DNA of 64,000 nucleotides from Candidatus Thorarchaeota archaeon (GCA_029858305.1 JAOUFI010000001.1:39-64038); one strand, 5' to 3'; numbered from the stretch's first letter, positions 8,915-18,764 are shown. The notes: a model not told the origin generated them from the sequence alone. A program made the numbers and translations.

Positions 8915-10666
8915 TTGGATGATATGTATTGGCAATCAGGACCTGCTTGGCCAAAACGTGCTAAGAGGGCTCTTGAATATCCCAAGGAACCTCTGTTTGC
9001 AATGTTGGACAGAGCAGCTGAGAAGAGTGGCTCCTTACCATTCACAGTATTCATGGATAGAACACAGACCTTTGCGGAAGTAAAAGAACACGCGGACAGG
9101 ATTGCTAATTTCCTAGTCACTAAAGGAATCAAGGTAGGCGATAGGGTCGCCATCTTTCTACCCAATGTACCTCATTTTCCTGCAATTTTCTTTGGTGCGC
9201 TCAAGGTCGGAGCGAAGGTTGTAACATGCAACCCGCTTTACAAAGCAGGAGAGCTAAATTATCAGCTTAAAGATACTGGAGCTAAAATGGTATTTGCGCT
9301 AGATCATCCAACCTTCATTCCGACATGCTATGAAGCTATCAAGGGCACAGATGTCCATACAGTTATTATTTGCAGTGTGAAACCATTCTTGTCCAAGGTA
9401 AAAGCAACAATTGGTGGGCTCCTTGGTAAGATACCCAAGAGTCCATACTATGAGGAAGACAAGACTGAATTTTATGAAACAATACTTACAGATTATGAGC
9501 CAAAGGCACCTCAGGTCAGTATCAATCCCATGGATACCGCGGTTCTAATCTATACCGGTGGTACGACAGGAACACCGAAAGGAGCTGAACTCACACACCA
9601 TAATCTAACATCTAATATTCTTCAAATAGTAGAGTGGGTCTATTTGGAGAAGGAAGATGCAGAGAGAGAAGGCGGTGTTCGATATGGAGAAGAGGTCTAT
9701 GTTGGAGCTGTACCTTGGTATCACAGCTATGGGCTCACTCTGACGATGCTCATATCTGTCTGGTATGCAGGAAAACTTGTCTGTATTCCAGATCCGAGAG
9801 CTGGAAAACCACCCCTATCTGATTTACTTAAAGAACTATCAAAGAACAGAGGAACAGTTCTGAATTGTGTACCAGCACTCTATGCGGGAATAGCTAATCA
9901 CCCAAATATTGCAAAATATGATCTTACTTCTGTCACGATCTGTAGTTCAGGAGCAGCTCCGTTACCACCAGAGGTAGCTAAAGCGTTTGAAGCTGTGACC
10001 AGCACTCTTCTGTTTGAGGGATACGGACTCACCGAAACGTCTCCCGTGACACATATCAATCCCACAAATAGAAAGTTTCGTAAGTTCGGTTCAATAGGAC
10101 TTCCGATTTCAGATACGATTTGCAAGATTGTTGACATGGATACAGGAACAAAGGAGATGCCAATAGGAGAGGTTGGAGAGATAGCAATCCACGGCCCACA
10201 AGTCTTCAAGGGGTACTATAACAAGCCCGATGAAACGGCGAATGTAATGCGGGAGTTCAATGGAAAACGATTCTTCCTGACTGGAGATGTAGGATATATG
10301 GATGAGAATGGCTACACCTTCATCAGTGACAGAAAGAAGCAGATGATCAATGTCGGCGGAATGAAGGCTTATCCTCGTGAAATCGAAGATGTTCTGTTCA
10401 CCCATCCAAAAGTTCAGATGGCAGCAGTAATTGGACTCCCTCGTGATGAAGATCCGAGTAATGAGTTTGTCAAAGCCTATATCCTGCTGAAGGAAGGTGA
10501 AACGGCAACACCTGACGAATTCATTGAATGGGCACGTGATAAAATGGCAGGCTATAAACGACCAAAAGAAGTCGATATAGTTGATCGGCTCCCAATGAGT
10601 AATGTCGGAAAAGTGCTTAGAAGAGAGCTTTGGGAAGCAGAAATGAAGAAGAGAGGGCATTCATAA
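8915..10666 (+). CDS. fadD: acyl-CoA ligase (FadD-like), tandem paralog
   Basis: 583 aa, colinear with 7019-8770 over the full length (roughly 55-65% identical by eye). Same AMP-binding motifs. TTG start at 8915 (GGAG 10 nt upstream) or ATG at 8924. Confidence 0.85.
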   Translation: MDDMYWQSGPAWPKRAKRALEYPKEPLFAMLDRAAEKSGSLPFTVFMDRTQTFAEVKEHADRIANFLVTKGIKVGDRVAIFLPNVPHFPAIFFGALKVGAKVVTCNPLYKAGELNYQLKDTGAKMVFALDHPTFIPTCYEAIKGTDVHTVIICSVKPFLSKVKATIGGLLGKIPKSPYYEEDKTEFYETILTDYEPKAPQVSINPMDTAVLIYTGGTTGTPKGAELTHHNLTSNILQIVEWVYLEKEDAEREGGVRYGEEVYVGAVPWYHSYGLTLTMLISVWYAGKLVCIPDPRAGKPPLSDLLKELSKNRGTVLNCVPALYAGIANHPNIAKYDLTSVTICSSGAAPLPPEVAKAFEAVTSTLLFEGYGLTETSPVTHINPTNRKFRKFGSIGLPISDTICKIVDMDTGTKEMPIGEVGEIAIHGPQVFKGYYNKPDETANVMREFNGKRFFLTGDVGYMDENGYTFISDRKKQMINVGGMKAYPREIEDVLFTHPKVQMAAVIGLPRDEDPSNEFVKAYILLKEGETATPDEFIEWARDKMAGYKRPKEVDIVDRLPMSNVGKVLRRELWEAEMKKRGHS

Positions 10667-10739
10667 CCAATACCAAAGGGCTTTGAATAGAAATCGCCTC
10701 TTAGCCTGCGAATAGACATAAATCAGAGTAGAATTTAAT

Positions 10740-11324
10740 GTGCATAGGGTGAGGACAATTTCCTCTGAGAATCGAAATGGATATCGCTTGAAATGTCCAT
10801 CTTGTGGTGCAACGTATTGGTATGCCTCGGAGAACATTGACAAGTATGGTTCTGTGGAGTGCCAAAACTGCGCTATGCATATCTTTGTAGACTCTTTTCT
10901 ATCAGATGAAACTACCAAGAGTGGGGATATGTCTGATGCTATAGTTCCCTCCAAGAAACCATTCTTGACCTTGGCGACCTCTGAAGGTGTACGGATAAAA
11001 TGTCCACACTGCAGTGCACAATATATCTACAAGGATTCTCAGAGAACGGAGGATGGACAGGTACGGTGTCAGAATTGCAGTGCAATAATTGATGGCGTGG
11101 GACAGGATGTTTTAGTCTATCAAGCACCAGTAGATACAACTAAATCATCAGAGAATACTGCACTACTTTGCATCATTGTGTTAATCCTCCTATTCGTACC
11201 ATTATGGATTGCTGCGCCATTAGTCATCTGCATTGTCGCTTTGAAGTTGTGGAATCCAGCTAAGACAGAAGAGCAAGAAACAATGGTTTACACAGAGGAC
11301 ACTCAGGGGTCAGACCTTTGGTAG
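10740..11324 (+). CDS. membrane-anchored protein with two zinc-ribbon modules
   Basis: Two repeats, RLKCPSCGATYWY..GSVECQNCAMHI and RIKCPHCSAQYIY..GQVRCQNCSAII (CxxC..CxxC, MJ0042-like ribbons). C-terminal hydrophobic helix ALLCIIVLILLFVPLWIAAPLVICIVAL. Confidence 0.5.
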   Translation: MHRVRTISSENRNGYRLKCPSCGATYWYASENIDKYGSVECQNCAMHIFVDSFLSDETTKSGDMSDAIVPSKKPFLTLATSEGVRIKCPHCSAQYIYKDSQRTEDGQVRCQNCSAIIDGVGQDVLVYQAPVDTTKSSENTALLCIIVLILLFVPLWIAAPLVICIVALKLWNPAKTEEQETMVYTEDTQGSDLW

Positions 11325-11349
11325 ATCCATAAAAAAACGAAAGGATGCA

Positions 11350-11883
11350 TCAGTCCAAACTGCCAGACACGGATTTCTTGTGGGTCTTTCCTAATTCAAT
11401 GTATAGCTGAGCTCCAACAAGAAAAGCTTCTCGTAGGTTCTCAGGTACTTCCCTAATGACTTTTCCAGGAACACCCAGGATAAGGCTTCCATCTGGAATC
11501 ACAGTATTATTAGTTACTACAGAACCAGCACCAATAACACAATCATTACCAACCCTAGACCCATCAAGAACAATTGATCCCATTCCCACAACAGTCCTAT
11601 CCCCAATCTCACATGCATGAATCACACAGTTGTGTCCACCTGTCACATAATCCCCGATGATAGTGGGATTCGTAAATGTGGTGTGTACTGTCGCATTATC
11701 TTGAATGGATGTTCCCTTTCCAATACGAATGTAGTTCATATCAGCTCGAAGCACTGCGAACTCCCAGATACTCGAGTCAGCTCCAACCTCAATATCGCCT
11801 ATGAGGGAGGCTCTGGGAGAAACATAAGCTTCAGGATCAATCTTTGGTTTCTTTCCGTCGAACTCGTATAAGCCCATATTCAC
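11350..11883 (-). CDS. gamma-carbonic-anhydrase-like / hexapeptide-repeat (LbH) protein
   Basis: 177 aa. Left-handed beta-helix hexapeptide repeats (IGDxxxIG, VGMGSIV, IGAGSVV) and His pattern (VHT..GHNCVIHAC) as in the YrdA/Cam family. Confidence 0.8.
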   Translation of the reverse strand: MNMGLYEFDGKKPKIDPEAYVSPRASLIGDIEVGADSSIWEFAVLRADMNYIRIGKGTSIQDNATVHTTFTNPTIIGDYVTGGHNCVIHACEIGDRTVVGMGSIVLDGSRVGNDCVIGAGSVVTNNTVIPDGSLILGVPGKVIREVPENLREAFLVGAQLYIELGKTHKKSVSGSLD

Positions 11884-12002
11884 ACCTAAAACGGTCGTAA
11901 TGGTGCATTCTCTTTAAGAGTATCGTAATTGGTAGTGATAGATTCAATATGAGAATGGAATCTATGAAATGCATAAGGAAACCATAAAGAGTACGTTCCT
12001 TT

Positions 12003-12650
12003 GTGCTTCGAAAGCAACTTATTATTAGATTATTTGATGTATCAGGTGTTGAATTGAAAATGCCTGTGACGCCACTTCACTATCCATTTGCGTTTCTAGT
12101 TTCCAAGTTAGACAGACACCTATTGCTACCTGGTCTGATTGTTGGATCTGTGATTCCTGATATCGAAGTTTCATTCATGTGGATGTTCTTTGCCAACCGT
12201 CCTGATCACCTCTTCATGCACAGCTTAGTTGGAGCGTTGACTATAGGAACTATACTCGCATTGATAGTCACACGGTTCCTTTACTCTCCAATTATCTCAT
12301 CCATTTTTAAAATGGAGAGAGATGAATTGAATCGGGTATGTAGGATTACACCTTGGATGGGAATTTCTTGCATTCTTGGAGTGATATCACATCTTGTACT
12401 TGATTATCCGATGCATTGGTATAATCCGATTCTATGGCCGTGGGTGAATCCGTTTGACATAGTCGGTCCACTTGTTCTCCTGTTTATGCCAACCTTTGAC
12501 GTTTGGACAGCTTATTTGATTGCCAGTGCAATTATGCACACTGTTATGATAGTCAGCTGGTATAGTATCATACGGATAATCCGTTCCAAAGGAAATCTCT
12601 GGTATCGACACTGGATTAAAGATACTGCAGTGACGAAACACATTGTATAG
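12003..12650 (+). CDS. polytopic membrane protein, possible membrane-bound metal-dependent hydrolase (DUF4184/YdjM-like)
   Basis: MPVTPLHYPFAF..IPDIE..HSLVGA..HLVLDYPMHW pattern with about 6 hydrophobic helices. The likely start is the ATG at 12060 rather than 12003. Confidence 0.4.
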   Translation: MLRKQLIIRLFDVSGVELKMPVTPLHYPFAFLVSKLDRHLLLPGLIVGSVIPDIEVSFMWMFFANRPDHLFMHSLVGALTIGTILALIVTRFLYSPIISSIFKMERDELNRVCRITPWMGISCILGVISHLVLDYPMHWYNPILWPWVNPFDIVGPLVLLFMPTFDVWTAYLIASAIMHTVMIVSWYSIIRIIRSKGNLWYRHWIKDTAVTKHIV

Positions 12651-12665
12651 GATACACCTTGAATA

Positions 12666-13628
12666 TCATCGGATAGGGAGGAACCATTCTTCCAACGAAA
12701 TGTAAGACTCAGTATCTAGAACATCTTTACTCTCATACAATCGTCTGAGAAACTGGTTGAAAGCCATGACACTACTTATCCTCACCATTGCGAGAAGACT
12801 ATAATCCTCGCTTGTGCGATAGAGGTCCCATACTTCGCGCATACTAGTGAGCTTTTGCGCGATGTCACTTGCAGTTCCGGGACTCACCTTTATTCTGACA
12901 AAGAACTTGACAGGCAGACCAATGAGAGAAAAATCTGTGCTGATAGAATAACCAATAATTGCACGTTTTATCATGAGCTTCTCAATAGATTTCGAAACAG
13001 CAGGTTGGCTAAGAGGGGGATTCATCCGAGTACCTATCTCTTCCTGAGTCAGAGGAAAGGGATTTTCGACTGTTGGTTCATGACGGTACATTACTCTAAG
13101 AAGTGCCAACTCCTTCCGAGAGAGATAAGATTCGGGAGATGACGAGGGAATTATTGTGAAACGATTCTTCTTGTATGTTGTAAGCACCTGCACTATATTA
13201 TATTTTCCAGCCCCTGAACTTGCCACTACACTATCCACACGATCCAAAAGGTTCTCAAAGGCCCCTTGGCTATCAAATCTGAAGGTTCCAAGAAGTGAAA
13301 AATCACCAGCAATCCCATCAAGGGACTCAAGCTCTTCCATATCCATGAGTTTTGAGCTCACATCCTGTTCCCTCGGATTACTCTTCATGAACAAGATAGT
13401 CTCTCTTGTGCCTTGAACGTGGGCTGGATCGATAATCGTAGTGTAGCTCCGTATTGCACCACTCTTCACAAGACCTTTAATGGTACGTGAAACCCAATTT
13501 CTGCTCTTGCCAATTAGCTGTCCTATTATAGCAGGAGTATATCGTGAGTTTTGTACTAGAGCTTCAAGAAGGCCTCGCTCCGCATCAGAAAGTATTACTT
13601 GCATGCTTTCAACCCATCTCTGGTGCAT
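12666..13628 (-). CDS. transcriptional regulator with two tandem Lrp/AsnC-like modules
   Basis: 320 aa. Two wHTH segments (LLEALVQNSRYTPAIIGQLIGKSRNWVSRTIKGLVKSGAI and TQEEIGTRMNPPLSQPAVSKSIEKLMIKRAI), each followed by a RAM-like beta-alpha domain. Confidence 0.7.
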   Translation of the reverse strand: MHQRWVESMQVILSDAERGLLEALVQNSRYTPAIIGQLIGKSRNWVSRTIKGLVKSGAIRSYTTIIDPAHVQGTRETILFMKSNPREQDVSSKLMDMEELESLDGIAGDFSLLGTFRFDSQGAFENLLDRVDSVVASSGAGKYNIVQVLTTYKKNRFTIIPSSSPESYLSRKELALLRVMYRHEPTVENPFPLTQEEIGTRMNPPLSQPAVSKSIEKLMIKRAIIGYSISTDFSLIGLPVKFFVRIKVSPGTASDIAQKLTSMREVWDLYRTSEDYSLLAMVRISSVMAFNQFLRRLYESKDVLDTESYISLEEWFLPIR

Positions 13629-13693
13629 TTTATTCCAGCATGCTATGTAATATTCATATACTTAATGCTTTTCCGCCACGACTGTGAATTACA

Positions 13694-14950
13694 ATGACTG
13701 AATATAAGGTCAAAGATATTGGTCTTGCCGATGAAGGCAGAAAACTCATCGATTATGCAGAGAAACACATGCCAGTTCTCATGCATCTGAGAGAGAAGTA
13801 TTCCAAGACAAAACCTCTGAAGGGAATGAGAATTGCTGGTTGTTTACATGTCACCAAGGAAACTGCAGTATTGGTCGAAACACTACGAGCGGCTGGTGCT
13901 GAGGTCGCTTGGTCTGGATGCAACCCACTCTCAACAAATGATCAAGTAGCTGCTGCGCTTGCAGCCAATGCTGTACCAGTTTTTGCTTGGCACGGGTTGA
14001 GTACCGAAGAGTACTATTGGTGTATCGAGCAGACTTTGAAGATCAAACCAACACTCACACTTGATGATGGTGCTGACTTGATATTCACTTTGCACAACAA
14101 ACACACGGAACTGATACCAAACCTCTATGGTGGTTCGGAGGAAACAACGACTGGTGTGATTAGAGTAAGAGCAATGGCAGATGATGGTGCACTCAAGTAT
14201 CCAATCATGGCAGTGAATGATGCAGATACAAAACACCTGTTCGATAATGTATATGGAACAGGACAGAGCGTCATCGACGGTCTCCTACGAGCCTCTGCGA
14301 TTCTTATTGCTGGAAAGACTGTGGTCATTGGTGGTTATGGGTACTGTAGTCGGGGAATGGCTACTCGGGCGAAGGGTATGGGAGCTGATGTCATTGTCAC
14401 AGAAGTGGATCCAGTTCGAGCTCTGCAAGCAAGGATGGATGGATTCCAGGTCATGAAAATGGATGATGCGGCTCCATTAGGAGATGTCTTCCTGACTGCA
14501 ACAGGAATGAAAGATATAGTCACCGGGAAGCACATGAGAAAGATGAAGTCTGGAGCTATCATGGGCAATGCTGGACATTATAATGTGGAAATCAATGAAC
14601 CAGATTTAATGGCACTTACTTTGGAAAAGAAACGGGTTAGGCACGCACTGGATCAATATGAAACCAAGGATGGGCGTTTCCTCTATCTACTTGGCGAGGG
14701 ACGACTTGTCAATCTAGCGGCAGCTGAAGGACATCCGAGCTCTGTCATGGATCTATCATTCGCGTCTCAGTTCAACGCAATGATGTGGCTCACTAAGAAT
14801 GGTAAAGGACTGAAGCCTGCAGTTTATGAGTTTCCTAAGGAACTCGACAAGGAAACAGCAAAGCTGAAACTTCACACCATGGGAATCACCATTGACGAAT
14901 GGACAGAAGAACAGAAACGATATGCAAAAGCTTACAATGAAGGAACATAA
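13694..14950 (+). CDS. ahcY: adenosylhomocysteinase
   Basis: 418 aa. YKVKDIGLADEGR, CLHVTKETAVL, GCNPLSTND, DDGADL, EETTTGV, GYGYCSRG (NAD-binding), GHYNVEI. This is the short form lacking the ~40-aa insertion. Confidence 0.95.
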   Translation: MTEYKVKDIGLADEGRKLIDYAEKHMPVLMHLREKYSKTKPLKGMRIAGCLHVTKETAVLVETLRAAGAEVAWSGCNPLSTNDQVAAALAANAVPVFAWHGLSTEEYYWCIEQTLKIKPTLTLDDGADLIFTLHNKHTELIPNLYGGSEETTTGVIRVRAMADDGALKYPIMAVNDADTKHLFDNVYGTGQSVIDGLLRASAILIAGKTVVIGGYGYCSRGMATRAKGMGADVIVTEVDPVRALQARMDGFQVMKMDDAAPLGDVFLTATGMKDIVTGKHMRKMKSGAIMGNAGHYNVEINEPDLMALTLEKKRVRHALDQYETKDGRFLYLLGEGRLVNLAAAEGHPSSVMDLSFASQFNAMMWLTKNGKGLKPAVYEFPKELDKETAKLKLHTMGITIDEWTEEQKRYAKAYNEGT

Positions 14951-14966
14951 ACACATGAGATAGGGA

Positions 14967-15317
14967 TTAATTCCCTCTCTCCTTTTTCTCATCACCTTTT
15001 GCCTTGGATGCTCCGGATTGTGTTTCATTCTTTAATCGCATCACTTCTTGTAATGAATGATCTAATTTCCTCTGAGCCCCTCTTGCTTTACTCACATGAC
15101 GCTTCATCCAACCTTCCAACCGCCCTCTCTTTCGTTTATCGTTTGGAGGGGCTAGAATCCACCAAAGAGCAACATCATCTTCAGAAGATGCCCTGACATC
15201 CCATTTTACGGAAACACGGTCGGATGAAATCGACCTTCTAACCTCACCCGGTGACTGCTCACCTGTCATAATGCCATTTATGCCACAGAGGTGCTTTTCA
15301 TCTTCAATTAAACACAA
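14967..15317 (-). CDS. hypothetical basic protein
   Basis: ORF only, convergent with ahcY. No recognisable motif. Confidence 0.25.
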   Translation of the reverse strand: MCLIEDEKHLCGINGIMTGEQSPGEVRRSISSDRVSVKWDVRASSEDDVALWWILAPPNDKRKRGRLEGWMKRHVSKARGAQRKLDHSLQEVMRLKNETQSGASKAKGDEKKERGN

Positions 15318-15542
15318 TTACATATGACCCCAACACTTCACTATATCAATAACTGACTATACTGGGTTTTTGATAGTTGGTTAATAAGGGATATTCTATC
15401 AAATATAATAAGGTCATAAAACACTGTGTTAGCTTTCTGTATTTTGAATATCAATGACTTCAGGTCTATTAAGATATGTGAGTTGAGAGAATTTGCAGAG
15501 TACGTATACAGTGTAAACAAATGATCAGTTACTCAATGAAAG

Positions 15543-15992
15543 GTGAAAATAATGGATTTATGGCAAATTATCACTCTTGTGCATATTATTGGAATAGCTC
15601 TCGGAGTCGGTGGCGCATCAATTAAACTCGTATTGTTCATGAAAAGCTATTACAACAAGAACTTTACACCTGCCTACACTGTTGTCGCTGAACCAATATC
15701 TCAGCTAATCTTTCTAGGCATGATACTATTAACGGCTTCTGGAATTGGCTATGCTTTAGTAGGATATCCAGAGGGATCGTCATTGTTGGTAAAGCATGTT
15801 CTTGTCGTACTGCTTTGGGTAGTTGGTCCGCTCATTAGTAAAGTATATGGACCTAGGTTCATTACACTCGCTCCAAAACCAAGTGAATCTCCCACATCAG
15901 AGTTTTTGCAGGTTCGGAAACAGTTGCTAGTATTGGAAGTACTAGGCACAGTCTGTTTCTATGCGGTCTCGATAATTGGAATAATTATGTAG
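15543..15992 (+). CDS. hypothetical 4-TM membrane protein
   Basis: Four hydrophobic helices. The ATG at 15552, preceded by AAAGGTGA, is a plausible true start. Confidence 0.5.
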   Translation: MKIMDLWQIITLVHIIGIALGVGGASIKLVLFMKSYYNKNFTPAYTVVAEPISQLIFLGMILLTASGIGYALVGYPEGSSLLVKHVLVVLLWVVGPLISKVYGPRFITLAPKPSESPTSEFLQVRKQLLVLEVLGTVCFYAVSIIGIIM

Positions 15993-16037
15993 TCGTTTCC
16001 TGAATTTCTTCAAGCGACTATCTAACACGATAATTAG

Positions 16038-16076
16038 GATTGGCAGGCTGAGGAGGCAGCAGCCTCCTAGCCAATC
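16038..16076. other. GC-rich interrupted hairpin downstream of 15543-15992
   Basis: GATTGGC..AGGAGGC-agca-GCCTCCT.GCCAATC forms two 7-bp helices. It sits in an otherwise AT-rich spacer. Confidence 0.3.
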
Positions 16077-16234
16077 TTTACCAAGCTCGACCATTCTTCT
16101 TGAGGCCTGCCAACTCCTCAACATGTTAGTAAGAAACAGAGGCGGTTTTTATGATGACCTAACAATCAAACCTCAAGAAGAATTTGGATTCGAAACACAA
16201 CCTTAATATATTAACTATATTTAATATCAATTAG

Positions 16235-16966
16235 GTGCATGTCTTGCCTACTGATTTTGTCTATGATAACTACCGACCTACGTCATTGGACCTAGTGATA
16301 GCAGCGATTGCCGCACTGATAATGCCTGTTTTTGCAGGGTATCTCTTCGACATGACCGGTGCCCTGATTCCTATGGCTATGTACTATGGACTCTTTGCAC
16401 TTATCATTGTTAGATGGCGTAGGGGAAGTCTTGGATATGAAATCGACCGAGAAAATCTGAAAGGTCAATTCAGAAGATATCTCACACCCCTATTTGGTAT
16501 GTTATTTTTCCTCCAGACAGTCTTAGTCATTGTTTCGTGGTTCACACTGGTCAGAACAGGATTTCTTGAGCCTATTGGATGGGTGCTGACTCTAGTAATA
16601 TGGGCACCAATAAACGCTTTTTCAGAACAGTTAATTTGGCTCTACACTTTTGACTCATTCGCTGAATATTACAAGGAAGGCCGCAAGCGCTCAGTAATGG
16701 TTTTCATTGGTGGTGCGCTGTATATCGCTCTAATAGGAATGATCCACGCCCTATTCTGGGGAAAGTTCCTTTTGGAAAGTAATTACGTTTTTGTATTCAC
16801 TGAAGTGTTCTTCATTATCCAATTTATTATACCAATTGGATACATATTTCTCTACAGAAGAACTGGAAGCATGTGGCCTCTGGGAATTATTCATGTTTTC
16901 CTAAACCTGGCCGGTGTTCTCATTAGCGGCTACTCGATTCTTCCCTTTTTGCTCGTGTTTGGATAA
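16235..16966 (+). CDS. polytopic membrane protein, CPBP (CAAX-protease)-like with degenerate motif 1
   Basis: About 7 TM helices. IHALFWG and IIHVFLNLAG resemble CPBP motifs 2 and 3. SEQLIW occupies the position of the EExxxR motif. Confidence 0.4.
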   Translation: MHVLPTDFVYDNYRPTSLDLVIAAIAALIMPVFAGYLFDMTGALIPMAMYYGLFALIIVRWRRGSLGYEIDRENLKGQFRRYLTPLFGMLFFLQTVLVIVSWFTLVRTGFLEPIGWVLTLVIWAPINAFSEQLIWLYTFDSFAEYYKEGRKRSVMVFIGGALYIALIGMIHALFWGKFLLESNYVFVFTEVFFIIQFIIPIGYIFLYRRTGSMWPLGIIHVFLNLAGVLISGYSILPFLLVFG

Positions 16967-17142
16967 TGTGTTATTTTGAAAGCCTAATGGAAAATCGAAT
17001 TAATGACAATTCCAAACACCATATTAAAGGTCAAGCACACGGGTAAATCACAATTCTCAAAGACTATATACATACCATGGTATAGAATATCGTTCAAATT
17101 GCTATGATGATGGAAATCTGGCTATAATGGAGTTGGGCTGAT

Positions 17143-17574
17143 ATGAAACGTCTCACACCCGATTCGCGTTTGATGATTGGCATACTCATTGCATTTGTAT
17201 TATGTTCTATCCCCATCCCTCAGGTCATTGATGAAACTAGAACGAATGATTATATTTCAGACGACCAGATTGAAATTGGATTTGGAGGGCCAAGAATAAC
17301 TTGGGTAAATGTGGTTTGCAATACAACTGTAGAGATTCGATTCATGTATCAGAATGGCACTTGGATATCTACTGAGAATGTTCTGCTTGCTTCTGTTCAA
17401 ACAATGTCAGCAAGTTACAACTTCAATGCAGAGCATTCCACGATTGTGGTACAGATATCAGCAGGTGGCCCGTTTCAAGTGCAGATAACATACACGTATC
17501 CGATTGAGATGGAGATGAGTCTTTTCAGTAGAGCATTCTATACGATTGGGATTTACTCCTTTAATCAGGACTGA
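17143..17574 (+). CDS. hypothetical secreted/membrane-anchored protein
   Basis: N-terminal hydrophobic anchor LMIGILIAFVLCSIPI followed by a beta-rich region. No family recognised. Confidence 0.45.
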   Translation: MKRLTPDSRLMIGILIAFVLCSIPIPQVIDETRTNDYISDDQIEIGFGGPRITWVNVVCNTTVEIRFMYQNGTWISTENVLLASVQTMSASYNFNAEHSTIVVQISAGGPFQVQITYTYPIEMEMSLFSRAFYTIGIYSFNQD

Positions 17575-17604
17575 TACTCTGACGGGAGTAGCTGACTCAT
17601 TTCT

Positions 17605-18141
17605 CTAGCTAGTTTTGTCTAGCTTAAGTTTGAAGACCTTCTCAAACTTACTCAACTTTGGCGCAATGACATACCTACAGTATCCCTGATTAGGATTATT
17701 TTTGAAGTAGTTCTGATGATAGTCCTCAGCAGGATAGAATCTACTAAAAGCAGTAATTTCAGTCACAATGGGTTTCTTGAAAGTCTTATTCTCCTCCAAT
17801 TCATTCTTTATCTGCTCGGCAATCTCTCTTTGTGCCTCATTGTGATAAAAGATGACTGACCGGTATTGAGGACCAATGTCATTACCTTGACGGTTGAGTG
17901 TTGTAGGGTCATGAGTGTTGAAGAACACCTCTAGGAGTTCTTCAAAGGAGATTATGTCTTCATCGAATCTAATCTGACAGACCTCCGCATGACCAGTCTG
18001 ACCTGTTGTGACCTCCTCATAGGAGGGATTCTCTACGTGACCGCCTGAATAACCTGACACAACAGAGGTCACACCTTTCAACTGTTGGAACACAGCCTCG
18101 GTACACCAGAAACAGCCGGTTCCGAATGTAGCAACTTCCAT
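17605..18141 (-). CDS. msrA: peptide-methionine (S)-S-oxide reductase
   Basis: [10 protein letters not shown] active-site motif, [21 protein letters not shown]. Confidence 0.95.
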   Translation of the reverse strand: MEVATFGTGCFWCTEAVFQQLKGVTSVVSGYSGGHVENPSYEEVTTGQTGHAEVCQIRFDEDIISFEELLEVFFNTHDPTTLNRQGNDIGPQYRSVIFYHNEAQREIAEQIKNELEENKTFKKPIVTEITAFSRFYPAEDYHQNYFKNNPNQGYCRYVIAPKLSKFEKVFKLKLDKTS

Positions 18142-18374
18142 AGTTTACTATTCACAATTGTCTTAATCAATGAGTGGAAAGGGGAAGTAATTTCAATCTC
18201 CTTCAATTTTACATCGATAAACAGACCCTCTTTGATCAAACCAAGTTCAACAAATCAATCATGTGTTTCCACTTACAATCTTCAAAGGCAATCAGAACAT
18301 AATTATCACAATGCTCCAATTCATTGATATGATTGGATAGAAATTATGAAGATTGTATCCAAAACATTACCTAG

Positions 18375-18764
18375 CTATTGATCCCGATCTATCTCAGAAA
18401 TTTCAACCTCCAGCTCATTCTTTTCGTGCTCCCCATTTTCGACTAAACTTACCATTATAGTACTCTCGCTATCTTCATGGATTCGTATCATAGAAATCCA
18501 ACCCATGGGAATAGCACTCGAATGTACTGGTCTTCGCGGCCCGACAATGAAGTAATCCTCTCCAACATAGATAATCCGTACTCCATGAGTTTCAGCAACC
18601 ATCTCATCGCGATCATCAGCATGACCATAAGCACTAGAACAGAGATAGACATCTACAAGACTCTCAGTCTCTGCAAGATAATTCAACATACTTCTCCAGT
18701 CTTTTCCAAACTCTAGCGTGCCATTCATTGTGTCCAAAGAGTTTTCCTCCTTTAGGAATCTCAC
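18375..18764 (-). CDS. hypothetical soluble protein
   Basis: 129-aa ORF with an acidic C-terminus. No recognisable family. Confidence 0.45.
   Translation of the reverse strand: MRFLKEENSLDTMNGTLEFGKDWRSMLNYLAETESLVDVYLCSSAYGHADDRDEMVAETHGVRIIYVGEDYFIVGPRRPVHSSAIPMGWISMIRIHEDSESTIMVSLVENGEHEKNELEVEISEIDRDQ

Noticed and set aside
17104-17141. C-box-like ATGATGA and D-box-like CTGA, suggesting a C/D box sRNA.
   Set aside because: The boxes are only ~38 nt apart, with no C'/D' pair and no terminal stem. The CTGA overlaps the SD/start region of the 17143 gene.
18375-18764. 129-aa protein with a W-x3-L-N-Y-L start and a G-x-x-I-I-Y-V-G-E-D-Y-F-I-V-G segment, vaguely reminiscent of profilin-sized eukaryote-like proteins.
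   Set aside because: The resemblance is only a loose pattern seen by eye. There is no C-terminal amphipathic helix and I can state no defensible alignment. It needs structure prediction before any claim.
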